64,000 nucleotides of DNA from assembly GCA_963744145.1 (NCBI GenBank), contig CAVUSO010000001.1:6240001-6304000 (forward strand), written 5' to 3'. The translations under genes were made by a program, and so were the position numbers. Numbering within the stretch: the stretch's first letter is position 1; each line of letters begins with the position of its first letter. The stretch comes from an uncultured cyanobacterium. Lineage in GTDB: Bacteria; Cyanobacteriota; Cyanobacteriia; Cyanobacteriales; CAWUOF01. A model generated the notes under the pieces. The model had not been told where the DNA came from and did no database searches. It saw nothing but the letters and a program-made list of their open reading frames with translations. Positions 21,466 through 32,785 of this stretch are shown here, in pieces.

Positions 21466-21926
21466 CGATCGAAGCAAAGGCCAACTCGCCCCACGCCGGT
21501 CAAAAACACCAGTTGTTCCTGACCACTTAATTTTTTCTGGATCTGGTCAATAACTTGGGCAGGACGCACTAGAGGAAAAATAGTTTTACTCAGAACGGCA
21601 CTACCTTTAGTTGCTTCCAAATCAAATGCTTTCTGCAAAACTCCCCTTCCTTGCAAAATTTTCAGAACGACATAGCAGAGGTTAATCTCCTCTACTTTCA
21701 GATGATGGGAAGAATTTGTCAATTGCGGCATTAAACGAGCAACCTGCTGCTGCACTAATGGCTCATGTTCGGGGTCATAATCAAATATATAAAAGCCAAT
21801 TTCATTACCAATCCCGCGATTGTTAAGTAAGCGAGAGTCTTGTAAAACCAGGAGTAAATTGTCAAGACGTTGCTGAATAGTTGGCGTAGATATATCTTTT
21901 ATGCTGTTGGGTTGATTAAATACCAA
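21466..21926 (-). pseudogene. brxB: BREX BrxB (DUF1788) N-terminal part
   Basis: GIGNEIGFYIFDYDPEHE and LVFLTGVG, then a 1-nt frameshift to ASWPLLRS, interrupted at 21465. Confidence 0.85.
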
Positions 21927-22019
21927 ACCGTAACATCATGATAAAACATGAGTTCGGGTTAAGCCGCAGACAGTAAGTTGTGGTCAAAAATTGTTGTGAG
22001 AGAGCCTGTTCGGGCTATA

Positions 22020-22118
22020 TGCCAGTTTATTGTGCCAGTTTTTCTCTGTAAGACTTGTCTTATACGTTGATTATGTAGTAAGACTATATTAGCGACTCAT
22101 GTAAGACTAGGTAAAACA
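22020..22118. promoter_or_regulatory. Short direct repeats upstream of the RHH gene (GTAAGACT x3; TGCCAGTTT x2)
   Basis: GTAAGACT at 22048, 22078, 22101; GTAAAACA at 22111. Confidence 0.4.
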
Positions 22119-22120
22119 AT

Positions 22121-22618
22121 ATGGCCAAATTATTCAATTTTCGTTGTCCCAAGGACTTAATGGGGCAAATCGAAGTGATTGCTAATCAAGAGGGTCTAAA
22201 CAAATCGGGAACTACAATCAAGCTGATCCAGTTAGGGATTGAAGCATTGACCAATGGGGTAAAATCCGAGCTAGAACTAGATCATCAGGATGTAAGACAA
22301 GATCGCGATCGCATCAAACAGCAAGTCCAGCAAGCAGTAAGACAAGAACTAGAAGCTCATTTACTGGGGATGGTGGAGGTTTGTATAAAAAGATTAATTG
22401 AGGGTGAACAGGTCAAAATCAATACTGATTTTCTCCAACTCCCTCCTGAACTAAATCCAATTCCCACTAATCAAATTCCCACTGAACTTACGCAACTGTT
22501 GGACAATTTGCTACTGGAAAACGAAAACCTCAAAAGTAAACTATACAAAGTCCAAATGGAACTGGTTCAACTTCAAGAGGAAAATCACAAGTTGCGAACT
22601 AAACTCAATTCTGCTTAA
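22121..22618 (+). CDS. Ribbon-helix-helix (CopG-like) protein with C-terminal coiled coil
   Basis: LFNFRCPKDLMGQIEVIANQEGLNKSGTTIKLIQLGIE strand-helix-helix pattern; heptad-rich C-terminus. Confidence 0.6.
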   Translation: MAKLFNFRCPKDLMGQIEVIANQEGLNKSGTTIKLIQLGIEALTNGVKSELELDHQDVRQDRDRIKQQVQQAVRQELEAHLLGMVEVCIKRLIEGEQVKINTDFLQLPPELNPIPTNQIPTELTQLLDNLLLENENLKSKLYKVQMELVQLQEENHKLRTKLNSA

Positions 22619-22804
22619 AAAATAGATAGCGCAATTATTAGTTATGGTGCAACGAGTCCCTCCTAAATATACTGACGATCCAAACTTATTTGCGCTATTG
22701 AACAAAACGAGAAGATAAAATGATTAATTTTCATCTAGTTGCTTGACTTAATCTAAAAAAACAACTAGAGGACCTTGATATAATCAGAAAAAAAATAACC
22801 AAGG

Positions 22805-23587
22805 ATGGTCGAAATGGTAACTCTAGTCACCAATACTCAATCACCTTCAGGAATAGTGATCACTTGGGAACCCTTACCGGATAATTTTGAGCTAGAGGAT
22901 GAACCAGTGGAAAATACAGGACAACCCCTGTTAGCTGGAGCTTTACGGGAAAGTTTAGAAATCGCTGGTTTTATTCAACCCCAGATGTTAATCGCTTCCA
23001 ACCTTGGTCTTGGTGCTACCATTAACGGGGAATTTATTGCCAAAGCACCAGATTGGGTCTATGTCCCATCAGTCAAGGAGATATCAGGAGAACGTCCGAG
23101 CTATACACCCCATTTAGAAGGAGAAATTCCCACTATAGTAATGGAATTTTTATCAAATAAAGATGGTGGTGAATACTCTTTCAAACGTACTTATCCCCCA
23201 GGAAAATGGTTTTTTTATGAACAAATCTTGCAAGTTCCTATCTATATAATCTTTGAGCCAGATGGGGGATTATTAGAATATTATCACCTCGAACAGGGAC
23301 ATTATGAATTAAAGCAACCCGATGAAAATGGTCGTCATTGGATTGAGGAAATGAAATTATTTTTAGGAACTTGGCGAGGGGTAAAAGAGTGCAGAAATGG
23401 GTATTGGTTAAGATGGTGGGATCAAGAGGGGAATTTATTACCTTGGGCAGTGGAAAAAATTACCCAGGAACAACAACGGGCTGAACAGGAAAAACTACGG
23501 GCTGAACGGGCAAGTCAGGAAAAAGATAGGTTGATTGCTTATTTGCAATCTCAAGGTATCGATCCTAATAACTTGCCTAATTTTTAG
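22805..23587 (+). CDS. Uma2 family protein
   Basis: KAPDWVYV, VMEFLS, WLRWWD, C-terminal EQERxRAE coil. Confidence 0.9.
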   Translation: MVEMVTLVTNTQSPSGIVITWEPLPDNFELEDEPVENTGQPLLAGALRESLEIAGFIQPQMLIASNLGLGATINGEFIAKAPDWVYVPSVKEISGERPSYTPHLEGEIPTIVMEFLSNKDGGEYSFKRTYPPGKWFFYEQILQVPIYIIFEPDGGLLEYYHLEQGHYELKQPDENGRHWIEEMKLFLGTWRGVKECRNGYWLRWWDQEGNLLPWAVEKITQEQQRAEQEKLRAERASQEKDRLIAYLQSQGIDPNNLPNF

Positions 23588-23644
23588 AACAATAAGTAGA
23601 GACGTTCCACCGGAACGTCTTTACTTGATTATTCATATTGATCA

Positions 23645-24736
23645 TCACCAATCCGTATCTTGATATAATTCAGGTAAATTTTGATGTTCAGTCCGACGAG
23701 AAAGACGACGGTATTTTTTAGTTTTCAATCTCGGTTCATATTGGTTTTTGCCGCGCTTATTGGTAGCTTTCAAAGTTGAATCCGGATCACTTTGTTGATG
23801 CAGATATTCTTGATTTATCAGCGCTTCTTCTAATAACTCCAAATAAATATCATATCTTTCCCAATCACCCCGAACAATACAATTAGGTTCATCCCGATGT
23901 AAACAATCACTAAACTGACATCTTCCTGTTGCTAATCGTTGCTGTATTTCTGGAAAATATAAAGCTAATTCCTCCGGGGCACTATCTAGATCCGGTTGAT
24001 TAAACCCAGGAGTATCTGCTAATAAACCCCCAGATGGTAACGGAAATAACTCCACATGACGGGTAGTATGACGACCTCGATTCAATTTCCCAGAAACTGC
24101 GGCTACTCGCAAATTAATACTCGGAATCAGATAATTAATTAAACTAGATTTCCCCACTCCAGATGGACCAGTAATAATCGTAATTTTATCTCCCAATTGA
24201 TGACTAAGTTCTCCTAAACCTAACGCATGATAAATACTAATAAAAATCGGTTCATATCCCCATTCTTGTAAACGATTTTGCCAATCTCTCTTTTCGATAT
24301 CTGTGGCTAAATCACTTTTATTTAAACCTAAACATACTTTTAATTCTGTCGATTCCGCTTTCACCAAAAATCTAGTTAATTGATAAGGATCTAACACTGG
24401 TTCAGCTAAAGCAAAAACTAATAAAATTTGATTGGCATTAGCGACAGGTGGTCGATCAAGTTCGGTTTGACGGGGTAAAACATCTGCGATCGCCCCCCTT
24501 CCCCCAGTCCAATCCGGTTCCTCTACCACCACCCGATCGCCAACCATCACCTGCTGTCCAATTTTCTTCAAACGAGTACGACGGGTGCATAAAAGCCAAG
24601 GAAAAGAAGAAACCACTGGATCTTCTCTTCCCCCATCTAACTGCACTTGGTAGTAATTTGCCTGCACTGCTAGAACTGTACCCAATAGCCGTTCCTCAGC
24701 TGTAGAGGGGCAGATATCTGCGACAGTTGCACTCAT
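23645..24736 (-). CDS. rsgA: Small ribosomal subunit biogenesis GTPase RsgA
   Basis: NKSD, GPSGVGKSS, GRHTTRH, DTPGF, CQFSDCLHRDEPNC Zn site. Confidence 0.95.
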   Translation of the reverse strand: MSATVADICPSTAEERLLGTVLAVQANYYQVQLDGGREDPVVSSFPWLLCTRRTRLKKIGQQVMVGDRVVVEEPDWTGGRGAIADVLPRQTELDRPPVANANQILLVFALAEPVLDPYQLTRFLVKAESTELKVCLGLNKSDLATDIEKRDWQNRLQEWGYEPIFISIYHALGLGELSHQLGDKITIITGPSGVGKSSLINYLIPSINLRVAAVSGKLNRGRHTTRHVELFPLPSGGLLADTPGFNQPDLDSAPEELALYFPEIQQRLATGRCQFSDCLHRDEPNCIVRGDWERYDIYLELLEEALINQEYLHQQSDPDSTLKATNKRGKNQYEPRLKTKKYRRLSRRTEHQNLPELYQDTDW

Positions 24737-25002
24737 GTAGTCGGTGCCGGATGTCTCACTTTAAGAGCAAAAAAACCCATCCGATCTTCAATTTGCTCTA
24801 CTACATAACCTTCCATCGTCAAGCTATCAGGTACTTGCTCGATCGGCTCTCCTGAATCAAGCCAAACTTCTAACAGTTCTCCAGGAGCCATTTTTTCCAA
24901 CCGCAGTTTCGTCCGCACGAAATTAATCGGACAAGGTGTGCCTCGTAGATCTAATTGAGCATCAGGAGTTGTCGATGAGGTAGAGATAGCCGAATTACTC
25001 AT
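24733..25002 (-). CDS. Sulfurtransferase TusA/SirA-family protein
   Basis: [20 protein letters not shown] motif. Confidence 0.9.
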   Translation of the reverse strand: MSNSAISTSSTTPDAQLDLRGTPCPINFVRTKLRLEKMAPGELLEVWLDSGEPIEQVPDSLTMEGYVVEQIEDRMGFFALKVRHPAPTT

Positions 25003-26117
25003 CCTCGAAAAAACCCTCCTAAAAACCCTTCTAAACCACCTTTTCCAGCGCGATCGCCTTTAATTTTTGCCAATTTCTCCAGTAATTCCCGCTCTTCTGC
25101 GGTCAGACGATTCGGAATCTCAATTCCCACCGTGATCAAATGATTACCACGCTTAACGGGATTACCTAACATCGGTACACCACGATTCTCCATCGTCAGC
25201 ACCGTATTTGGTTGAGTACCTGGAGGAATCGTTAACTCTACTTGACCATCTACCGTGGGGACTTCCAGACGACAGCCGAGAATCGCTTGCAAATAACTAA
25301 TTTTGATTTCCGAGCGAATATTCAGTCCATCGCGCTGAAACTCAGCATCTTCATTAACAAACAAGTAGACATACAAATCTCCAGCCGGACCATTTCTTTG
25401 TCCTGCATCTCCTTCACCAGCAACACGCAAGCGAGTGCCATTATCTACTCCTGGGGGAATACTAATTTTTAATTTCTTAGTAACTTGCTTTTGACCTTTC
25501 CCACCACAAGGATCGCATTTTTCTTCAATTACCTGACCACTACCATTACAAGTGGGACAGACAGAAACTTGAGTAAAGCTACCAAAGGGAGTCCGAGTCG
25601 CACGACGCACTTGACCAGAACCGCTACAAGTTGAGCAGGTAGTGGGTCGCGTTCCGGGTTTCGCCCCAGTGCCGCTACAGACCTCACAGGTTTCTTGATG
25701 ACCAATCCGAATTTCTTTTTCGCCACCAAATACAGCTTCTCGGAATTCCAGTTTCAAGTCTAAGCGTAGATCATCCCCTCTGACCGGACCGGACCGTCGG
25801 CGAGTTTGACTACCCATCCCACCGGCAAAGTTACCAAAGAAGGTTTCAAAGATATCAGCAAAGTTACCAATATCTCCCATATCCCCCATTCCTGCGCCAT
25901 TCAGTCCCGCTTCGCCATAACGGTTATAGCGATCGCGCGTTTCTGGTTCTGAGAGAACTTCATAAGCACGATTAATCTCTTTAAAGTGTTCTTCAGCGCC
26001 AGCTTCTTTATTGACATCTGGGTGATATTTCCGCGCTAGACGGCGGTAGGAGCGTTTTATTTCTTCTTTGTCTGCGTCGCGAGAGACGCCAAGAATTTCA
26101 TAGTAATCGCGGGCCAT
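24999..26117 (-). CDS. dnaJ: Chaperone DnaJ
   Basis: J domain with HPD, four CxxCxGxG repeats. Confidence 0.97.
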   Translation of the reverse strand: MARDYYEILGVSRDADKEEIKRSYRRLARKYHPDVNKEAGAEEHFKEINRAYEVLSEPETRDRYNRYGEAGLNGAGMGDMGDIGNFADIFETFFGNFAGGMGSQTRRRSGPVRGDDLRLDLKLEFREAVFGGEKEIRIGHQETCEVCSGTGAKPGTRPTTCSTCSGSGQVRRATRTPFGSFTQVSVCPTCNGSGQVIEEKCDPCGGKGQKQVTKKLKISIPPGVDNGTRLRVAGEGDAGQRNGPAGDLYVYLFVNEDAEFQRDGLNIRSEIKISYLQAILGCRLEVPTVDGQVELTIPPGTQPNTVLTMENRGVPMLGNPVKRGNHLITVGIEIPNRLTAEERELLEKLAKIKGDRAGKGGLEGFLGGFFRG

Positions 26118-26196
26118 ATAGCTATTTAGCTGGGGTAAAAAATCAGAAGTTTACAAAACCACCAAAACGATCTCCTTCATCACTGAATTGAAATCG

Positions 26197-28320
26197 CTAT
26201 TTCTTTTCATCAGTATTTCCGGGATCTATCCCAAAGAAATTTTCATAGGAATCTCCCTCCTGTGACCCAAAAGGATTGTTGTTATCTGGGGTTGAGGTGT
26301 TCTCAAAGAAAAATTCCAGTCCATTACCATCACTATTATTAGTTTCTGGGGTGGAAGGGCTTTCAAAAAACAAGTCCACTCCACTCGGATCGCCATTGCT
26401 AGTTGATGGCCCGGTTTTATTCTGATAATTGATCAGAGCTTCACTTGGGCTACTACTAGCGGCTGGATCTGAGTGACCAGATTCTGGCGGGTTGGCCTGG
26501 GGATCTCGGTTTGATTGCTGATAAACTGAAGCCCCTAGTGCATATAATGTCTGTTGAAAGTCATCAATGCGCTGCTTCATTTCCTCATAGCTAATCGACT
26601 GATTGGCGATCGCCGCCCGTAATTCTTGGGCTTTTTGATCAGTTTCAGCTTTAATTTGTTCGGGAATCAAGTCTACATGGTCTCTTAATGTCGCCTCATA
26701 ATTATAAAATAGGCTATCTGCTTGATTTTTCAGCTCAATAGTTTGTTTGCGGACTCGGTCTTCTTCGGCAAATATATCTGCTTCTTGACGCATCCGTTCG
26801 ATTTCGCTTTCGCTCAAGCCACCTGTATTAGTAATTTTAATACTTTGTTCACGACCTGTACCTCTGTCTTGCGCTGACACTTTCAGAATTCCATTAGCAT
26901 CAATGTCAAAGGATACTTCTATTTGGGGCACTCCTCTTGGTGCTGGAGGAATACCAGTTAGTAAGAACCTCCCTAAAGATTTATTATCTTTAGCCATCGC
27001 CCGCTCACCTTGCAACACATGGATTTCTACCGTAGTTTGTCCATCTGTCGCGGTCGAGAACATCTGGGATTTACTGGTCGGGATCGTAGTATTCCGATCA
27101 ATAATTTTTGTGAATACTTCTCCTAAAGTTTCAATTCCCAAGGACAAAGGAGTGACATCCAATAGCAGCACATCTTGGACTTCACCACCTAACACACCAC
27201 CTTGAATTGCTGCACCAAGTGCTACAGATTCATCGGGATTAACTGACCGATCTGGTTCTCTCCCACCAAAAAACTTCCGAATCGCTTCTTGGACTGCGGG
27301 AATTCGGGTTGACCCCCCAACTAAGATGATTTTGTTGATATCTTCTGGATCTAAACTACTATCTTTGAGGGCTTGAATTACTGGTTGCATGGTACTTTCG
27401 ATCAAATGCTTGACCAGTTCCTCAAATTTAGTTTTTGTCAGTTCCATCTCCAGATGTTTTGGCCCGGTTTCATCCGCCGCGATGAAGGGCAAGTTAATGG
27501 AAGTTTTAGCTCTACTCGACACATCGATTTTAGCTTTTTCGGCAGCTTCTCGAATCCGCTGATAGGCCATTTTATCGGTGGACAGGTCAATTCCTTCTTT
27601 TTCGCGGAAATTATCCAGCATCCAATTCAGGACACAAATATCAAAGTCATCTCCTCCTAAGTGGTTATTTCCTGCGGTTGATTTGACTTCAAATACTCCA
27701 TCACCCAATTGCAAAACTGAGACATCAAAAGTACCTCCTCCTAAGTCAAAGACTAGGATTTTCTGGTTTTGATCTTGTTTATCTAATCCGTAGGATAGAG
27801 CTGCTGCGGTAGGTTCATTCACGATCCGCATTACTTCTAATCCCGCGATCGTCCCTGCATCTTTGGTCGCTTGACGTTGGGCATCAGTAAAGTAAGCGGG
27901 TACTGTGATTACCGCTTGGTGAACTGGTTCCCCTAAGTAGTTTTCCGCATCCTGCTTCAGTCTTTGCAAGATCATGGCTGATATTTCTTGGGGAGTATAG
28001 TTGCGTCCTCGAATTTGGACATCAACAGTATCGTCTCTACCTTGGACACATTTATAGGGAACTTGACCCCTTTCTTCTTCTGTGTCTTCCCAACGCCGAC
28101 CAATAAATCTTTTGATACTGTAAACCGTATTATCGGCATTAGTCACTGCTTGCCGTTTGGCCAATTGACCGACCAAGCGATCGCCACCTTTGCCAAAACC
28201 GACTATACTTGGGGTGGTGCGTCCACCTTCTGCGTTTGAAATGACGATGGGTTGACCACCCTCTAAAACAGCTACACAACTATTTGTCGTCCCCAGGTCA
28301 ATGCCAATTACTTTTCCCAT
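26197..28320 (-). CDS. dnaK: Chaperone DnaK (paralog with long acidic C-terminal tail)
   Basis: [32 protein letters not shown]. Confidence 0.97.
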   Translation of the reverse strand: MGKVIGIDLGTTNSCVAVLEGGQPIVISNAEGGRTTPSIVGFGKGGDRLVGQLAKRQAVTNADNTVYSIKRFIGRRWEDTEEERGQVPYKCVQGRDDTVDVQIRGRNYTPQEISAMILQRLKQDAENYLGEPVHQAVITVPAYFTDAQRQATKDAGTIAGLEVMRIVNEPTAAALSYGLDKQDQNQKILVFDLGGGTFDVSVLQLGDGVFEVKSTAGNNHLGGDDFDICVLNWMLDNFREKEGIDLSTDKMAYQRIREAAEKAKIDVSSRAKTSINLPFIAADETGPKHLEMELTKTKFEELVKHLIESTMQPVIQALKDSSLDPEDINKIILVGGSTRIPAVQEAIRKFFGGREPDRSVNPDESVALGAAIQGGVLGGEVQDVLLLDVTPLSLGIETLGEVFTKIIDRNTTIPTSKSQMFSTATDGQTTVEIHVLQGERAMAKDNKSLGRFLLTGIPPAPRGVPQIEVSFDIDANGILKVSAQDRGTGREQSIKITNTGGLSESEIERMRQEADIFAEEDRVRKQTIELKNQADSLFYNYEATLRDHVDLIPEQIKAETDQKAQELRAAIANQSISYEEMKQRIDDFQQTLYALGASVYQQSNRDPQANPPESGHSDPAASSSPSEALINYQNKTGPSTSNGDPSGVDLFFESPSTPETNNSDGNGLEFFFENTSTPDNNNPFGSQEGDSYENFFGIDPGNTDEKK

Positions 28321-28463
28321 AGCTTGCGGCGATGAATGGATACAGAACTTTGTCAGGCATGGGCATACCTACTGTCTGGATCATTCCCCATTTTGGTGCA
28401 GAATTTTCTCGAGCAGCTTGGCCTGAACTTATTTACACTTCAGTTGAATCCGAATTTAACCCT

Positions 28464-29228
28464 TCAACTTTCCGAATCTGCCTCCTGATTTTCTTCTGAG
28501 GTTACCACGCTCTCATCTGGAGCTGCAACTTTTACCATGGCATGGCGCAACACCCGATCGCCTAGTACATATCCTCGTCTTAATTCTTCTACCACTGTTC
28601 CTTCTGGATGGTCTTTGGTGGGCAGACGCATTACTGCTTCATGTAAGTTCGGATCAAATGGACTTCCTTCTGGATACATCGCTGATACACCCAATCGCTT
28701 CAAGCCATCTACCAATTGCTTATAAACGCTTTGGTAGCTTTTATGAATGTTTTTTTCCGCTTCCGTTTGGGGTTTAATATGGGCTTTGGCCAATTCAAAA
28801 TTATCGATTACTGGCAATAAATCTTTGATTGTATTTCCTTTAATTTGTTGTTCGAGTTCTTCTTTTTCCTTCTGGTTACGTCTCCGGAAGTTTTCAAAAT
28901 CTGCTGCTAGACGTTTATATTGGTTGGTCATGTCAGCTAATTGCATCTTCAAAAATTCATTTTCTTGAGTCAATTCGGCTATAGCCGCTTGCTGACTGGC
29001 TAGCGTGGCTGCTGTTGCTTCTTGTTTTTTTGTTTCCGAATTCCATTCGGGTACTTGGCCATCTCCTTGGGCAAATGCTTCCGGATTTAATGCCATTGCT
29101 TCATAATCGATTTCTGCTTCCACGTTAGCGTTGGTTTGGACTTCTGGCACCCCAGTTACCGTTTCTACGGATTTTTCTGGATTCTGATTAGGTGCTTGAA
29201 TTGACTCTAGCTGATTTTCCTCGTTCAT
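28464..29228 (-). CDS. grpE: Nucleotide exchange factor GrpE
   Basis: RLAADFENFRRR, FDPNLHEAV, GYVLGDRVLRHAMVKV. Confidence 0.96.
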   Translation of the reverse strand: MNEENQLESIQAPNQNPEKSVETVTGVPEVQTNANVEAEIDYEAMALNPEAFAQGDGQVPEWNSETKKQEATAATLASQQAAIAELTQENEFLKMQLADMTNQYKRLAADFENFRRRNQKEKEELEQQIKGNTIKDLLPVIDNFELAKAHIKPQTEAEKNIHKSYQSVYKQLVDGLKRLGVSAMYPEGSPFDPNLHEAVMRLPTKDHPEGTVVEELRRGYVLGDRVLRHAMVKVAAPDESVVTSEENQEADSES

Positions 29229-29525
29229 TGTGCGCGAATCCCAGTTAAAATGTTGTCGTTAGCTACTCTATATGAACTACCGATTTTTGGTGCAATCTGG
29301 CTGCATCCTGAACTCACCTAGCTTCGCCCCAGGTTAAATCTTTTTTGTCATGATTTAACTTAACTTTACCTTGATTTTACCAGATTTCTGATTCTGGCTG
29401 GCTAATCTGTTGAAAAAAGGCCAGTTTTTGGACGGCGATCGCCAGGATCATCACCAGTTTCCACTAGCTTATAATAGCTTGCTTAGTTATATTACCTAAA
29501 CCTAGTCAAATTTAAGATCTGCTGA

Positions 29526-30188
29526 TTAAGGTTTGATCCGATTTATTTGTGACTGTCGATATTTAACTAATTTTCTTGCGCTTTGCCAGGATGGATAACT
29601 TAGGATAGTTACTAATGGTAGTCCGGTTAAAACTGTTGTCCATAGCCACACTGGCTGTTCTCCCTTAGTTTGTCCAAACAGTCCTAAGCTGATGCCAAAT
29701 AGTGATGCTAAGATCGGCATAGCGAAGGCAAATTCTTTCGGAACTCCTTTCAATTCCATCCACTTGCCAATTTTTCCAATTTCTAAAATTATCGCTAAGG
29801 GCAGGATCAAGATGATCATAAAGGCTGACAGGCTAATTAGCATGGTTGGCAGAATTTTCGCCAATAACATTTTTGTCCCCCAAGAAATAATTAGCCAAGC
29901 TTGACTCATGCCCAATAAAAAAGCGATACTGAGCATAAATAACAGACTGGTAATTAATATTCCCAGCAAAATACCACTGATAATTTCTCCAGGAGCTGAT
30001 TCGGGGTCATTCGTTAAATTAGCATCATTATTGCTTGGTAATGATGTTGTTGTCTGGTGATTTTCTTGGTTAAATTGCTCCGGTTGTTTGTTTAGCTTAA
30101 TCTGAGAATTTTCTGGTAATGGTATCCAACCGCTGCTATTTTCCGCATCTGTCTCAAAATTGGATAGGTTTTGATTATTTTGATCCAT
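29526..30188 (-). CDS. Hypothetical membrane protein
   Basis: Several hydrophobic segments; C-terminus like the membrane tails of cyanobacterial kinases. Confidence 0.6.
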   Translation of the reverse strand: MDQNNQNLSNFETDAENSSGWIPLPENSQIKLNKQPEQFNQENHQTTTSLPSNNDANLTNDPESAPGEIISGILLGILITSLLFMLSIAFLLGMSQAWLIISWGTKMLLAKILPTMLISLSAFMIILILPLAIILEIGKIGKWMELKGVPKEFAFAMPILASLFGISLGLFGQTKGEQPVWLWTTVLTGLPLVTILSYPSWQSARKLVKYRQSQINRIKP

Positions 30189-30201
30189 ATCTTCTCCTAG
30201 T

Positions 30202-31518
30202 CTAATTTGACCAAATTTCTAGCAATTTCTGGATAATAGCTGGTACAAAATTTTGGGAAAATTCAAAATATATTTGTCCCCCAAATCCTAAGAAAAAGGA
30301 AGCAGTTATTAAACCTAATAAAGACCGAATTGGGAAAATTTGATGATTAATTGGTAGGGGTGCAGTCCGCAGATTAATTGTGATTGTCTGCTGTTCAGGA
30401 ACTGAATTTGCTGATAAAATTAATTGTCGGCTATAAATCTTATTTGCCATCAATTTCCGCGTCTGAACAGTAATTTTTAATTTAAGTTGATTCCCCTGAA
30501 AATTTACCGGAGATAAGGAGATCCAAGCATGATGATTGGGTTGATGGGGTGGATCACTCGGATGTGGTGTCACTGACCAAGTACCGATTAATTCAGTTTC
30601 TGGGACAAAATTTCTGACGGTAATTGTTTTTGTTAGTTGTTGATTAAGCTTAGTAGCTGTCAAATTAAGCGTTTTTTCACTTACTCTCATTTCTGGCGAT
30701 CGCCACACATAAATCAGTTTGAGTTTTTCCCAAGCTATTTGAGCATTCTCATACCTTTCTAAGGGATTTGGCTGCACCATTTTTTCCAACCAATCCACCC
30801 AGCGATGGCTCAATTTAGTAGCTAAAGGTTTAAAATTAATCCGATAATTATGATCAATCAAATTCCCAATTTCCACCGATTTAGTATTAGTCAATAAACA
30901 AATTATCGTGGCACCTAAACTATATAAATCTGACGCTTCACTCAAAGGTCGGTTAAACAGTTGCTCTGGGGGCATAAATCCCAAAGTCCCTTTAACCATA
31001 CTACTCATTGCCATTTCTCCTTGACCAATTTGAGCAAAGCCAAAATCTACTAAGTAAACATTAATCTGATCATCAATTAAAATATTTTCTGGTTTAATAT
31101 CCCGATGAATTATTGGAGGAATCCGATTTTGCAGATAAATTAAAATTTCTAAGATCGAGAGGGCAATTTGTTTAATTTCTGTAGGAGAATAAGTCCGGGG
31201 AATGGAGAGCGATCGCGCTTCTTTATATTCCTGAACCAAGCAAAAACCCGTCTCCGTTTCCACCGAATCCAAATAACGGGGAATACCCGGATGATTTAAA
31301 CCCTGTAAAACCTGAATTTCTCGTTGATAAGCATCATAAGCTGACCAACTAGTATGATGGGAAGCAAACTGAAATTGTTTAATCACAACTAGGTCGGTCC
31401 CAAGAGTTTCCGGATGGAGGGAAGTTGCTAAGTAGGTCACCCGACCACCGACTCGATTATGTCCAAGTTCAGCTTGAACTTGATAACCGTAGCTGGACAA
31501 ATCTGGAAATTCGCTCAT
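30202..31518 (-). CDS. Ser/Thr protein kinase
   Basis: HRDIKPEN, DFG, GTLGFMPPEQ; C-terminal beta domain and TM. Confidence 0.92.
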   Translation of the reverse strand: MSEFPDLSSYGYQVQAELGHNRVGGRVTYLATSLHPETLGTDLVVIKQFQFASHHTSWSAYDAYQREIQVLQGLNHPGIPRYLDSVETETGFCLVQEYKEARSLSIPRTYSPTEIKQIALSILEILIYLQNRIPPIIHRDIKPENILIDDQINVYLVDFGFAQIGQGEMAMSSMVKGTLGFMPPEQLFNRPLSEASDLYSLGATIICLLTNTKSVEIGNLIDHNYRINFKPLATKLSHRWVDWLEKMVQPNPLERYENAQIAWEKLKLIYVWRSPEMRVSEKTLNLTATKLNQQLTKTITVRNFVPETELIGTWSVTPHPSDPPHQPNHHAWISLSPVNFQGNQLKLKITVQTRKLMANKIYSRQLILSANSVPEQQTITINLRTAPLPINHQIFPIRSLLGLITASFFLGFGGQIYFEFSQNFVPAIIQKLLEIWSN

Positions 31519-31544
31519 AAAAAGGTAACTGTTAATTCACTAAC

Positions 31545-32477
31545 CTAATTATTCAATAAACTTTTAACTGCTGTTTCCTCTACTACCCGCTTGCTTTCTA
31601 CCAGCAGATAATCGAAAAAGGTCTTTGCTAGCACGGAAAGATGTTTACCCGTAGGATACATCACATACCATTGTCGTCGGATCGGAAAGCATTCGACATC
31701 TAATGGTACTAATTTCCCAGTGGCACCTTCTAAAGCTAAAGTATGTAGAGAGAGGACTGAGATCCCCAATCCTCCAGCGATCGCTTGTTTAATGGCTTCA
31801 TTACTTCCCAATTCTAGCCTGACTTTCACAGTAATGCCCTTTTCCTCAAATAGTTTTTGGACTGCTTGTCGAGTTCCTGATCCAGTTTCGCGCATAATAA
31901 AGGGTTCATACGCGAGACGCTCAATCGGGATATTTTTCTCTTTACTTAAGGGATGATTTACTGATGCTAAGACAACTAAAGGGTTTTCCAGAAATGGGTA
32001 GCTAGTGACCTCTGATGTTTCTGGAGGTTGACTCAGAATATAAAGATCATCCTGATTTTGATACAGACGTTCTAACAAACCTTCATGATTGGTTACCTGT
32101 AAAGCAATATCAATCCCAGGATAACGCTGACAGAATGGTCCCAATAACCGAGGGACAAAATATTCGGCGGTGGTGACTACTGCTAATCGCAAACGTCCTT
32201 GCTTGAGTCCCTTGAGATCTGCTATAGTCATCTCAAACTGGGAGATGCGGTCAAAAATTTCTCGACAAGTTTCAAATAACTCTTTACCTGCTGCCGTTAG
32301 ATATAGCTTTTTACCCATTTGCTCAAATAGGGGTAACCCAACATACTTGGTGAGTTGCTTTACTTGCATTGAAACGGTAGGTTGGGTCAGAAATAATTCT
32401 TCCGCAGCACGAGTAAAACTACCATGTCTTGCTGCTGCTTCAAATACCTTCAATTGATGTAGAGTGGCGTGTTTCAA
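31545..32477 (-). CDS. LysR/CbbR-type regulator of carbon acquisition (CmpR/NdhR-CcmR family)
   Basis: MKHATLHQLKVFEAAARHGSFTRAAEELFLTQPTVS, REtGSGTR, SNEAIKQAIAGGLG. Confidence 0.88.
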   Translation of the reverse strand: MKHATLHQLKVFEAAARHGSFTRAAEELFLTQPTVSMQVKQLTKYVGLPLFEQMGKKLYLTAAGKELFETCREIFDRISQFEMTIADLKGLKQGRLRLAVVTTAEYFVPRLLGPFCQRYPGIDIALQVTNHEGLLERLYQNQDDLYILSQPPETSEVTSYPFLENPLVVLASVNHPLSKEKNIPIERLAYEPFIMRETGSGTRQAVQKLFEEKGITVKVRLELGSNEAIKQAIAGGLGISVLSLHTLALEGATGKLVPLDVECFPIRRQWYVMYPTGKHLSVLAKTFFDYLLVESKRVVEETAVKSLLNN

Positions 32478-32621
32478 TTGCCATTCTCCTTAATTTAATC
32501 GTTATATTCTAGTCAATAATTTATCATAATTATTTAAACCAGTGAATTTTATTTATGATTTTGAGTAAAAAAAATCGCGTTTCTCAGAATGGTTAAGTCC
32601 GGTTAACTGATCTGTATTGGC

Positions 32622-32709
32622 CCCCTAATTCCTCAGCAACCTGTCCCACCAGTAAAGCAGTGGTGAGAGGACTGTTGAAAAAATTTAAACCTTCACCAGA
32701 GAATAATTA
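32622..32709. repeat. 88-bp direct repeat, copy 1
   Basis: Gap-free alignment to 34794-34881 with 12 mismatches. Confidence 0.85.
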
Positions 32710-32785
32710 GTATACTAGGATGCGATCGGATAGAAGGTGGTTAAAATAAATGGACTTTCTGAGAAGTCGTGGTTTTGAATTTTAT

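Noticed and set aside
22644..22720. MVQRVP... resembling an IscB N-terminus that could pair with the omegaRNA
   Set aside because: Only 24 codons, no PLMP or RRXRR motif, and 1.3 kb from the RNA
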